In this document: piece after piece, positions 37,735-49,091 of the stretch
How the letters are laid out: the number at the start of each line of letters is the position of its first letter
How positions within the stretch are numbered: the first letter of the stretch is position 1
DNA from: Albugo candida
Lineage: Eukaryota
Direction: 5' to 3'
NCBI GenBank assembly: GCA_040437565.1
Contig: JBDOQK010000023.1
Span: 186,028-250,000, forward strand
DNA: 63,973 nt
Notes under the pieces: generated by a model
What the model was told of the DNA's origin: nothing
Databases searched by the model: none
What the model saw: the letters and a program-made list of their open reading frames with translations, nothing else
Translations under genes and position numbers: made by a program

Positions 37735-38926
37735 TCACCAATATAATTCACCCGGAATGTACTTGTCAATCAAAGACTGATAATAAGGCCATAACTCCTG
37801 CACATTTGGCCGAATGTCTGCTTTGGTGTATAAATCGAACTTGTTAAATTCCAGAACCCAGTCGATAAGATCATGATCATCTTCATTCATTAAATGTTGG
37901 TATTCTTTCTCTTTATGCCAAGCATAACAAGAATGATAACGAATCATTGCGAGACCTTCTTCGGGTATGCTTGTCTTATTGTGCATAAGCATCCGGTACA
38001 TATATTCATCGTGTCCCCAAGTAAACTTGAGATTTGCCATGCCGCATCCAGGAGAGTAAATGCCATACCGAGAACAATATATATCATTATCCATATCAGG
38101 ATTCAGTGCATTGTATTCTGAAAAGACGACTGAATCAGGAATACGGCATCCAAGGACCCAAGTATCTCCCCCCAACGCCCACTGATCACCATGTGCAGTA
38201 CCTTCTTGACCTACTTCTTTTGTTCCCCATAAATACTGAATTTTTCCCATGTCATGCAAAAGACCCACCAATTGAAACCAATCTGGATGCCCAGCAGCTC
38301 GAATCCCCTCGGCTGTCTGCAGCATGTGTTCAAGGTTGGGTAAGGACGAGTCTGGATCGGACGAGTCTACATATCCCTCAAGCGCCTCAAATGCTTCCCA
38401 CACTGTCATCTTGGCATTTCGAAAGCGACCGTATTGAGCCTCCATGAATCTGTAAAAGTCCATTGTCTGATGCNNNNNNNNNNNNNNNNNNNNNNNNNNN
38501 NNNNNNNNNNNNNNNNNNNNNNNNNNNNNNNNNNNNNNNNNNNNNNNNNNNNNNNNNNNNNNNNNNNNNNNNNACCAATTGAAACCAATCTGGATGCCCA
38601 GCAGCTCGAATCCCCTCGGCTGTCTGCAGCATGTGTTCAAGGTTGGGTAAGGACGAGTCTGGATCGGACGAGTCTACATATCCCTCAAGCGCCTCAAATG
38701 CTTCCCACACTGTCATCTTGGCATTTCGAAAGCGACCGTATTGAGCCTCCATGAATCTGTAAAAGTCCATTGTCTGATGCTGCCGCATCAGCTTATAATG
38801 ACGTTTGACAGTTGCTTGTCGACAGCTATCCTCATAATTTCTGAATTCATCTTCACTTTTCCCCGGTTCTGCTTTTTCTTTCGCGGAGAACACGACCTTT
38901 GAAATATCTCTTTCCGAAGCATCCAT
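37735..38926 (-). CDS. MIOX: myo-Inositol oxygenase; 294 aa after merging the overlap
   Basis: FRNYEDS, VDSSDPD..PNLEHMLQTAEGIR, GLLHDMGK, QWALGGDTW, WGHDEYMY, IRYHSCYAWH and FNKFDLYTK. Removing 307 nt gives an 885-nt ORF. Confidence 0.95.
38267..38780. repeat. Unmerged assembly overlap: 38267-38473 repeated at 38574-38780
   Basis: Identical 207 bp around gap 38474-38573; merging restores the MIOX frame. Confidence 0.92.
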
Positions 38927-39245
38927 CTCGCTCTCGTTGGCTTACAAATCTTATTACACTAATTAAATCAATACGGAATCAGAAGCAGCCCGTACAGCTG
39001 CAATCTACTATTTTAATTTGAAACGAAGCTGACAGATCAGAAGCGTTTTACTTGAAGTGCAGAACTTTGTAACTCTTTGTTGTTTCTCGTAAAAAAACGG
39101 ATGCCCCTACAGTCATTTAGTGGATGAGGTGTCAAGTAGAAGCTCCCTTATTAAGAGCTGATGTATTGTCGACTCAGTGCTGTAAAAGCGGATATACCCA
39201 AAATGATGTTCTCGTCACATTAGTTATTCAGTATTCAGCAGATTA

Positions 39246-39261
39246 TCATTCGATTATTTGG
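39246..39261 (+). promoter_or_regulatory. Possible INR+FPR core promoter of the USP gene
   Basis: TCATTCG-AT-TATTTGG is an imperfect match to YCAYTYY-NN-MWTTTNC, starting ~30 nt before ATG 39278. Confidence 0.35.
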
Positions 39262-39277
39262 CTGACCTCACCTTTGG

Positions 39278-42143
39278 ATGTCGTCTGCCTTGGAGAATGA
39301 ATGTGTGAACAAATCCCCTTGTCGGCATGCATTGCACGCTATTCAACCGGCTCGTGTGAGGCGAGCTTTGAGACGATTAGCAGCTTTTAAGTGTCAGGTA
39401 CGACCTCCGACTATTTATCGCAGGCTATTCATCACTCGATTTTGTCTAGCAATGTCAGGAACAAATGCATCGAAGAAAAAGCGGAACTCATCGGAAGCGA
39501 AAGGAAGACAGTTCTGAATGTAATGAGACATCCAGTCATCACAGGTCGCACTCAGAGAAACCGCTCTCAGTGTGTCTTTACTGCGGCTTCATCACATGTC
39601 GCAGTGATGCCCATTACCGGAGTCATCAACGAATGCATCCCAAGCATATGCTTATGCTGGACACATGGACAGGGAAGCTCTTTTGCTTTGTCTGTAATGA
39701 CCTGGATGCAACAAAAGAAAGTAGTGGGGAAGGAGAATTGAGGTGCAAAGTAGAGAAACTTCGATTAGAGTGTTTAGATATAGTGAGACAATCGAAAGCC
39801 TTTGTTTCGGAGATGAAAGCTTCGGAATTTATTGCAGCAAAGAATACAAACTTGGTCGCAAGTGTTCAGCAACAGACGAGAAGCAACCATGAGAATAAAA
39901 AGGAGACAAGTAGGAGCATAGGTAGTGAAGGAAGAGTACATAGCACAAGTAATAGCAGCACTTGTAGCAGCAATCCCTCTGTGCAGTCGGATTTGTCATC
40001 ACCGGGATGTAAGGGACCTCCCGTGCAGCAAGATTCCTTCCTAAACCAGGAAGAATCAGATAGATGCAAACTGCCAGGAATGATACAAGCTGAGGAACCG
40101 ATGAGCTGGGTTAGAAATACACGAGGCGATTACGGGACTGTGGAAGATGATCAAATTTCTACCGATCCTGTGGTCAAAGACCTTGCTAAATGGACTCTTA
40201 TTGAGCCACCTCACTTATCAGATTCAACTCAGGGCAGTGGACAAGCTTCGGAGGAGAGTGATTCGAGCAAAGAGAATCTGTGCCGAGTGCCAGAACATAA
40301 GCAGATCAAACTACATTTGAACGATTCAGCGACAGATGGAGCATACTCTTATGAAAATGAGACAAAAGGTAACCTGAAAGGTGTTTTTGGATTCACAAAT
40401 CTCGGCAATACTTGCTATTTCAACGCAACAATGCAAGCAATATTAACAGTCATCCACTATGAGCCAGAATCTCCCTCATTCAAGCAATTTGTGGACAAAA
40501 AAAACTACGGAACCGCTCCTCTATCTTGCATCTTTGCGTACGTTATTTGCCGATTTCCCATAATCGCGCTAAGTCACGTTTGATTTGCAGGAAGTTGTGT
40601 GATACAATTCGCACGAAGCAAGTAGAAAAACAGAAATCTTACTCCAAATATGTGAATGCTCCAGATTCGCAAGAAAAGTTGGTCAAAACCAAACTTCGAA
40701 AACAAGCCACAAAAAAACATACNNNNNNNNNNNNNNNNNNNNNNNNNNNNNNNNNNNNNNNNNNNNNNNNNNNNNNNNNNNNNNNNNNNNNNNNNNNNNN
40801 NNNNNNNNNNNNNNNNNNNNNNTCAAAACCAAACTTCGAAAACAAGCCACAAAAAAACATACACTTGTTCAAGATCAAAAAACCAAGAAATCGTCGAGAA
40901 AAGCACACGCTCCCTACCTGATTCTTTCTGTGTCGCCAATCTTGAAAACCATGCGTTCAAAATTTGCGCAGTTTCGAGGCCATGCACAACAGGATGCACA
41001 CGAATTACTAATAAGTTTTTTGTGGGCAATTGATGATGAATACCGGGATACAGAGAGATCCTCGATGTCCGAAACTTCCAATCCAACCGATTCCGAAAGT
41101 GGACTCGATGATCAAGAAGAGGATGCTGAGCTCAAGGGGCAACCAGAGTCTCCAGTCTCCCGTCCTGGGTTGAACCAGATCTTTGTCAAAGTAGATGATG
41201 GCACAACGTACTCGTTCCAGCTTCCACTCAATACTTCGATAGGCGAGCTTCAATCAATTGTAGCCAGAAAATTAAAGTTAAGTGGAGACAACTTTTACCT
41301 TCAGATAAATCGTCAACGTTCCTCAGTTGAACAAGATACATCACCAAACACGACTCCTCGGATGCAAATTGATTTGGGCGAATTGCCAAAGAAGAAGGAG
41401 AGCTTTATACAAGCACTTTTTGGATGTGAAATGATGACGTAAGCGCCTTGAGGAAGATTGTATTGGGGTGTTTACCAACACTTTTCACTTTTTGTAGGGT
41501 CATCGTATGCAAGAACTGTGCACATTCTAGCCGTACGAGTGAAGCTTGCTTCCAGCTGAGCTTACCGATTCCAGGTCACAGCAAACATCGTGAAGAAGCT
41601 CGATCAGTCACGTTATTCGATTGTTTATCAGCTTTAATAGCCCCTACGGAACTGAGTACAGGATGCGGAAATGGATATCAGTGCGATAAATGCTCTACTC
41701 TATCTATATCAAGCTCGTTCTCACCCAAAACAACTGATCTTCGAGATGCCACTATGCAGACCCTCATTTCGCGTGCTCCTCGAATTTTAATTCTGCATTT
41801 AAAGCGCCTAAATCGCACTCGAAAGATCAATGAGCATATCAAATTCAGCGCAGAAATGGACTTTGGTACATGGTTCCGAGCAGAAGAACAAGAAAATTGT
41901 ACCACACGGAATTCAAACCGGAGATTGACATATGAGTTGATCTCAGTCATCGTCCATTCTGGAAATAGAGGATCCGGACATTACGCGTGTTTTGTGAGTC
42001 GCAACGATGATCAGTCTTCCGGTCGGCATTGGTTCTATACTTCAGACGCAAATGTACGTCGGGTATCCATCGAAGAGGTTCTTGGCTGCCAGGCTTACAT
42101 CCTATTTTATCGACAAACATCAAAAGTCGAAGTAAATGTATAA
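39278..42143 (+). CDS. Ubiquitin-specific protease (peptidase C19) with N-terminal zf-UBP, USP16/45-like architecture, multi-exon
   Basis: Exon 1 CRHALHAI..KCQ is spliced (intron ~39398-39450) to QCQE..VCLYCGFITC..AHY..H..LFCFVC. Cys box GFTNLGNTCYFNATMQ, QQDAHE, His box VHSGNRGSGHY, WFYTSDANV and AYILFY are present. Confidence 0.92.
40683..40862. repeat. Unmerged assembly overlap (40 bp) around gap 40723-40822
   Basis: Identical flanks; merging gives an in-frame KQATKKHTLVQDQK..QQDAHE. Confidence 0.92.
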
Positions 42144-42212
42144 ATACACCCTCCAATCATCGCAACTAAGTAGCGCGTGGTGACTTGTGACCCTGACATC
42201 CTTTAAAGCTTT

Positions 42213-43538
42213 ATGGAGCCTGTGGGGCTTGAGCCTGCAATCACTAAAGATGAGGACGGTATGGAACAGCTTTGCCGAGAATTTATTCAAAAAACGATTC
42301 AAATGGTCATTACTGTGATTCACAGCCAAGATATAAAAAGTCGGGCATTTCATAAAGTGGCTGCAGAAGGATGTGCTGCTGTGTTGGCAAGCGTCAGCAT
42401 GTTTGAATTGGGGCCCAATGGTAAACAACCCGGATCTCTCAAATCTGACCGAGACCGTCAGCAATGTTCTCGGTCACTATTGACTAGTGCAACTGTCAAA
42501 TTACATCACAACACCTTGAGTTCGCTTGAAGACTTGTTCAATAACAATGCTCATGAGCTTGAATTGTTTTGGCTATCTTCCGAGCTATGTAGAGCTATGA
42601 AGTCAATGGATAACAAACTTTGGCTTTGGTGTCTGCATCGTGACCAAGTCGACAGCTTCATCACCGCAATGGGAAAGCGTTTTGGCTGTCCTGTGTTACC
42701 TAGTACACAGAGATACATTCTCCGACAGGCTTCTGCGTTTCCAATATTCATAAATTTAGAGCAATTTCTTGATCTCATGCAGCAAACAAAATTAGCCGCT
42801 AATGTAACAGGGGACTACAGGTATGAGTCAAGCAAACCTCCTTCCATGCCGCTGGAACCAGCACCATGCGAGATTGATGGTTACTCAAGTTCTTCATCAA
42901 AGAATTCTCTGTCCAAATTGAAAATAAACCGAAGCGATCGTATTGCTTCATCTGTATCATCATCAGGAAGCACAACATCGGGGAAAGCTAGCAAAAGTTT
43001 CCAGGCCAGTGATCGCGCTGATCAAACCACGTACAATTCAATGGCGCAACAGATGCTTCCAGGGAAGCAAAGCCACAATGAATTGCAACAGCGTAAAAAG
43101 GGAGATAGAAAAAGCTTTTCACCTTCCAAAACGACGCAGAGATACAATATCTCGAATTATGGCAAGAAGCTTCTGAGTTCACAACCATATGATCAAGATG
43201 AAGTCTCCGATCCAGACGACGGAGTTGAATTTGGATTGCAGGATGTGCGACCTGATGCGATACGTTCAGAACCACACTTTGTGCAGGCAGAACCGACGTC
43301 ACCCACGCAAAAAAAATCCGGGGAGGTTCAGAACGAAATCAACTCGATAAACAAGCAAACATCGAGCAACGTTCATCTTCCAAAAATAATTACTAAAGTC
43401 CCATTGAAAGGCTACAGGAAAATCCAAGGAGATACATACCGTACTGCGTCCGAACAACAAAACTCGCCCACACTTTTGCGGAAAACGAAATTGCTATTCC
43501 CACCTGTCACAACACCAAAAAACGGACATTCTCGATGA
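42213..43538 (+). CDS. Hypothetical protein (helical-looking N-half, Ser-rich low-complexity C-half)
   Basis: 441 aa ATG-started ORF; no family recognised. Confidence 0.7.
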   Translation: MEPVGLEPAITKDEDGMEQLCREFIQKTIQMVITVIHSQDIKSRAFHKVAAEGCAAVLASVSMFELGPNGKQPGSLKSDRDRQQCSRSLLTSATVKLHHNTLSSLEDLFNNNAHELELFWLSSELCRAMKSMDNKLWLWCLHRDQVDSFITAMGKRFGCPVLPSTQRYILRQASAFPIFINLEQFLDLMQQTKLAANVTGDYRYESSKPPSMPLEPAPCEIDGYSSSSSKNSLSKLKINRSDRIASSVSSSGSTTSGKASKSFQASDRADQTTYNSMAQQMLPGKQSHNELQQRKKGDRKSFSPSKTTQRYNISNYGKKLLSSQPYDQDEVSDPDDGVEFGLQDVRPDAIRSEPHFVQAEPTSPTQKKSGEVQNEINSINKQTSSNVHLPKIITKVPLKGYRKIQGDTYRTASEQQNSPTLLRKTKLLFPPVTTPKNGHSR

Positions 43539-43749
43539 TTGCAGAGCACCAGGAATTCCGCATTGCGTGCCTATTTAATGGCGTCTTCTTGCTGCTGTCA
43601 ACATCCTACTGCATACAACGAAGCAGAGGCGATTGTGATTCACTTAAGTCGGCCAGCCAAACACGCGCACCGAAAGAATTTTGACTGTTACAACGCCATC
43701 AAAGTGCCAGTATAATCAGGAGGTCAATATGATAAGGACCCCGCCGTTA

Positions 43750-44822
43750 TTATTGTTTGTTGAAAAGAGGATGGAAAACCTTGCCGATTACTGTTTTGGC
43801 CTGTGAGAAATCCATCGAATCCTGTTCCTTGATGTTGCGTCGTAATGATGAGCAGCGCTGTATGTCAACAGCGTTGTTTCTATTTTGAATGCAGGCTGTC
43901 CATCCATCTAATTCCTCTCGCTGTTTTTCTGGAAAGTAGGCGCGTTTGGAAGTTGCTACAGATACCACAGACTCTACTGCTGTTTTAGCCCACGAAATCG
44001 AATGTTTCTTCACCAATGTTTTCAATATTGGCATCAAAAGATGTAGCTCACTGCTGTCGTCTTGACGCAAGCTCTTCTCCGTTATCTTTTCTACTCGTTC
44101 TCGGATCACTTTGGTTGCTCTCACAAACACATAGGTGTCATCCGTCAGTAAGTCATAATGTGTGATTGCGGCCAGTGTCCAATTCTTCGTCGATTCTGAA
44201 GTTAAGTGCAATGCGTTTTCGTCTCTGAGTATACGGGTTATCAGTCTGTTGAGTGCCAATGATCCTGACCACTTGGCTAACAATTCATGTGTCATGAACG
44301 TATCGATACAAGCACTAAACTGAGAAGCAGTATCGCAATCAAAATGACTGTCCATCAATTGACAGAATAGCTCGCTCGCCTTCGGGAACCGACTGATACT
44401 TTTCTACAAAAGTGGGTCATGATTTATTAGATGTTATACTCTAATGTGTAAGCTCTTACCATGCAGCGTTGTAATTTGTTAAGAGAAACCTCGAGATCGA
44501 AATCTTCTGTGAGTCGTTTGCGTTTTGATGTCGAGTTATTAGGGGTAGTATTGACAACGGGATTTGATGAAGGACGAACAGGGGCAATTTTTTCGGCTAA
44601 TATTGGACGATTTTCGGCATTTGGTAGTTCCAATCCGTGGTATAGATCCATTTGAAAGGTTATGGAAGATAGTTGGGTAGTAGTATCTGATTTTAGCTGG
44701 TTTTGCTTCACAAACGATACTGTTTTTGAACAAGTTTCGTGCAGGTTCAATGCTTGTATTGAGCCCCCGAAATGTAATAATGTATTCGCTTCTTGATTAT
44801 AGTAAGGCCGTCCGTGATTCAT
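43750..44822 (-). CDS. Conserved-looking hypothetical protein, 2 exons
   Basis: Intron 44404-44459 (GTAAGA..TGTAG) joins LNKLQRCM to KSISRFPKASELF, in frame with the 202-aa ORF. The start is 44822 or 44651 (MDLYHGL). Confidence 0.7.
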
Positions 44823-45552
44823 TTAAAAATGTGCGTATATAAAACGTTTACTATAAGTCCAACCTTGATCATCAACTACAAATACGGAGTCTAAAATCAG
44901 AAGGACTATAAACATATACAGTATAAGTTGTCGCTATCTCTACATTAGCACAGCAAAGTAATAAGCCGAAAGCATAACGCAGCCTGCAACTTTATCATTG
45001 TTTGCTCGGTATCAGGACGCAAATTCTAGCACCAATCTACCACTATGAGGTACAAATTCATCGTTTGAACCCTTCCTTTCAAAATTAGGGCTTCTGCGGA
45101 CGAGTACTGATTTGGTTTAGACATGTCACTGACCCAATTGGGTATCATTGACAGACATACATTATGATGTAATTCTGAAAACACATACCAATTACTTGAT
45201 GGCCTCAGGCGAGCTTGTCAAGACAAGTGTACGTCATTCTACTGTTATTGGCAACTGCGTTCTACGCAGCACATTGTGGAAGAAGAGAGTAAATGAAATG
45301 AATCCCGGTATTTTATAGATTTGACACACCAGCGCCGACATATTCAATTGTATGATTAGGTTTGCATATTTCTAAGCACAAACAAGAAATATTACATTGC
45401 TGAGTAGCTTGCAAATCTTTTCATCATGCTGTCCTGAGTAACTAATCAGACTCGACTTCCGACAAAGACAGTCAGTAGGAAGCGCTGTCGTTGTTCTAGT
45501 CATAGTGTAGCTTCTGACAGACAAGTGACAAATGAAATGTAAAGCCCATCTA

Positions 45553-47398
45553 TCAACCTATGCAGCATCTGGTCCAGTTTGATTACACCGCCTTACGAAT
45601 AGAATCTGAAAGTATATTTGAAACAGCTGGAAATGGGTTCCACGGAAGCTTCCATGCATGAGATCCGAGCATCTACGCCAGAAAGGGTCGCTGACCCTAT
45701 GCATCCATTCTCTCACGTATTTTATTTAAAGAAATTTCAGCAGTTACAAAGCACAGCTGAGCTATAAATTGTCATTCGACAAATTTGGCATGTTTGTGCT
45801 CCTCATAAGATGATATCTAACCCGACTAAGGACGAGTGAGATCCAATGAAGCTAATACGCCCAAGTGTCCAACTTTAAGCAAAGTTTTGAACATGACCAG
45901 TCTCGGTGAAGTTTTATTGGGTGTTTCTGCTCCGAGCGAGCAAAGATCACACAGCAACAAGATAGTGTGCTCATCCCTGCGATGGGGAAGAGATCCAAGA
46001 AATGTGATTTTACGACAGCATTCTAATGGGACTTCCGTTCTAGTGGACGCGGAGAATATCTGCCAGTATTTTGATGAGATTGCCAGCTACCAATTATCGT
46101 GTCACAGCAACAACAGCTTGAGAATAGTAGACATGACGGAATCTGTCCGTACCACCTTGCCGCAGTCAAGTCAGAAAAGGCACAAGCACGGCTTGTTCGC
46201 ATCCGCAGAGGAATATCAGCGAACTTCTCGGTACATTAGTGAATTACTTACGGAAGCATTGAAAGAAAATGCTGGACGTCACGAGCATACTCATATAACT
46301 CAACAGCCCTTGTTCGCCAGGAAGCCTGAAAAGTTAGTCGAAGACAGCTTTAGCCAAGATGAAGCCGAGGCTGTCTGCCAGGTGCAAAACACGTCGTCTA
46401 CACTTTCTATTACAAAATATGAAGANNNNNNNNNNNNNNNNNNNNNNNNNNNNNNNNNNNNNNNNNNNNNNNNNNNNNNNNNNNNNNNNNNNNNNNNNNN
46501 NNNNNNNNNNNNNNNNNNNNNNNNNTCAACCTATGCAGCATCTGGTCCAGTTTGATTACACCGCCTTACGAATAGAATCTGAAAGTATATTTGAAACAGC
46601 TGGAAATGGGTTCCACGGAAGCTTCCATGCATGAGATCCGAGCATCTACGCCAGAAAGGGTCGCTGACCCTATGCATCCATTCTCTCACGTATTTTATTT
46701 AAAGAAATTTCAGCAGTTACAAAGCACAGCTGAGCTATAAATTGTCATTCGACAAATTTGGCATGTTTGTGCTCCTCATAAGATGATATCTAACCCGACT
46801 AAGGACGAGTGAGATCCAATGAAGCTAATACGCCCAAGTGTCCAACTTTAAGCAAAGTTTTGAACATGACCAGTCTCGGTGAAGTTTTATTGGGTGTTTC
46901 TGCTCCGAGCGAGCAAAGATCACACAGCAACAAGATAGTGTGCTCATCCCTGCGATGGGGAAGAGATCCAAGAAATGTGATTTTACGACAGCATTCTAAT
47001 GGGACTTCCGTTCTAGTGGACGCGGAGAATATCTGCCAGTATTTTGATGAGATTGCCAGCTACCAATTATCGTGTCACAGCAACAACAGCTTGAGAATAG
47101 TAGACATGACGGAATCTGTCCGTACCACCTTGCCGCAGTCAAGTCAGAAAAGGCACAAGCACGGCTTGTTCGCATCCGCAGAGGAATATCAGCGAACTTC
47201 TCGGTACATTAGTGAATTACTTACGGAAGCATTGAAAGAAAATGCTGGACGTCACGAGCATACTCATATAACTCAACAGCCCTTGTTCGCCAGGAAGCCT
47301 GAAAAGTTAGTCGAAGACAGCTTTAGCCAAGATGAAGCCGAGGCTGTCTGCCAGGTGCAAAACACGTCGTCTACACTTTCTATTACAAAATATGAAGA
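45553..47398. repeat. Unmerged assembly overlap: 45553-46425 repeated at 46526-47398
   Basis: About 873 bp apparently identical around gap 46426-46525. Confidence 0.9.
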
Positions 47399-47909
47399 TA
47401 TAGCTAATAGATCACTCGATCTTTCGGGGAATGAAAGCCAATCGTTCAGCGTAGAATGCCCATTACAGCTCCGACAGCCTACGAGCGTGTCTCGAGATTT
47501 TTCTCGACCGCAGATACAAAATTTCTACAAATTAGCAGTATCCTCGCACTGGAAGTCGGAAGGACGTCGTCTAAATCACTTTCCATTTGCAATGGGTAAG
47601 ACGTCTGTCATCACCTCGAAAATGCCTCTTAGACCGAACTCTTTCGGAAAGATGAGTACAGATGCTAATATAGCCAAGATACAAAAAGAAAACTATTCTC
47701 GAGCGCAAAGAATAAGACCGTTTATCAGTCATGGGACACGAAGTACAAAAACAGGAATAGGCACAACGGAAGATATGCTTCATGCGCACAAGAAAAAGAA
47801 TGTACAAACAAGCGCGAAGGAAGAAAAGCGCAAATTTAGAGCCCGAGTCAAAGAGCTTGTGAATACCGTTAGTCTCAGTCGTACAACAGGCTGCGAAGCA
47901 CACAAATGA
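46866..47909 (+). CDS. Hypothetical protein (main exon; may have further exons on either side)
   Basis: Long open frame 46809-47909 with first ATG at 46866; no family recognised. Confidence 0.55.
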   Translation: MTSLGEVLLGVSAPSEQRSHSNKIVCSSLRWGRDPRNVILRQHSNGTSVLVDAENICQYFDEIASYQLSCHSNNSLRIVDMTESVRTTLPQSSQKRHKHGLFASAEEYQRTSRYISELLTEALKENAGRHEHTHITQQPLFARKPEKLVEDSFSQDEAEAVCQVQNTSSTLSITKYEDIANRSLDLSGNESQSFSVECPLQLRQPTSVSRDFSRPQIQNFYKLAVSSHWKSEGRRLNHFPFAMGKTSVITSKMPLRPNSFGKMSTDANIAKIQKENYSRAQRIRPFISHGTRSTKTGIGTTEDMLHAHKKKNVQTSAKEEKRKFRARVKELVNTVSLSRTTGCEAHK

Positions 47910-48697
47910 TGGCAAGTGACTAAATCTTGTATTCGACAAGTTTTGGATACCATTTATCAGAAACATGCGAACGGAGCCATCCGCTTGCAATCCTTCTTAC
48001 CCGATAGGAAGATGCGACTTCATGATATTAATTGCAGTTTTAATCTTCTCCTCTTGAAAAGCCAAGAATGCTATCAATTCTGGAAGCCGCTATCTCACGA
48101 ATTTCACGAGTATGAGTAGCTTGTCACTCGCACCTTGCTTCTTCTGCGCTAACGATCTGGCCATCTGGACAAGCCAATTCGTATCGATGCAGCCTGTATA
48201 CTGAATTTCAAATCTGATCGTGCACCCTATATCATACATTTTCTCCATCTTTGGAAGAAGTACTGGGATAGAGATGTCTCAATTGGCATGAAGCAGTACA
48301 CAACGATCTCGCATGATTGCGCCGCCTGGCTTCAAGACCGGATACGTAACGAGTAATTTATATGTCCAGATGATGATCAACGTCATCGAAACGGAAAGAA
48401 AGTTTGCTAAAAAAAAGATGTAGTTTCTGTACGAATGGCACAAGATTCTAAATGGTAGTATGGGTAGGACTAAGCGCCATGATCTATATTAGAGAAATGT
48501 ATGTAGATTAAGGATCCCATATCTTTGGGCTCTATTTCGCCAGACACTTGAGGTTCTTGTATCGTACGATTTTGGAAGAGTCCGTTGATTGCAATCAAAT
48601 CTCAGCAGCGTTCATGACTATATCGACACCGACAAGGCATCTGCAGTCGCTACCTACAAATAAGTTTGTCAGCACCGTACTAGAAATATCAGGAAGA

Positions 48698-49091
48698 ATA
48701 TTTCTAACTGGGTAATGGTTCGTCCACTCTTGCAATCGTGAGTAATCAATTAAGCGTTCGTCAAAATCATATCTTCCTTAAGAGTACATTCGCGAGTGCC
48801 GTTAGCAGCGACAAAATTCGCCAATGTGACGGACCAGAGGACCANNNNNNNNNNNNNNNNNNNNNNNNNNNNNNNNNNNNNNNNNNNNNNNNNNNNNNNN
48901 NNNNNNNNNNNNNNNNNNNNNNNNNNNNNNNNNNNNNNNNNNNNATATTTCTAACTGGGTAATGGTTCGTCCACTCTTGCAATCGTGAGTAATCAATTAA
49001 GCGTTCGTCAAAATCATATCTTCCTTAAGAGTACATTCGCGAGTGCCGTTAGCAGCGACAAAATTCGCCAATGTGACGGACCAGAGGACCA
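48698..49091. repeat. Unmerged assembly overlap: 48698-48844 repeated at 48945-49091
   Basis: Identical 147 bp around gap 48845-48944. Confidence 0.9.

Noticed and set aside
37735-38926. MIOX appearing as two frameshifted ORFs (pseudogene)
   Set aside because: Merging the overlap gives one intact frame
10719-38926. Functional lipid/Ca2+ signalling cluster (MLO-like, PH-GPx, DGK, MIOX)
   Set aside because: The genes are interspersed with unrelated ones and no shared regulatory element was seen; adjacency in a compact eukaryotic genome is weak evidence
45836-46555. Apparent tandem duplicate of the 46809 ORF
   Set aside because: Exact overlap copy beside a 100-N gap
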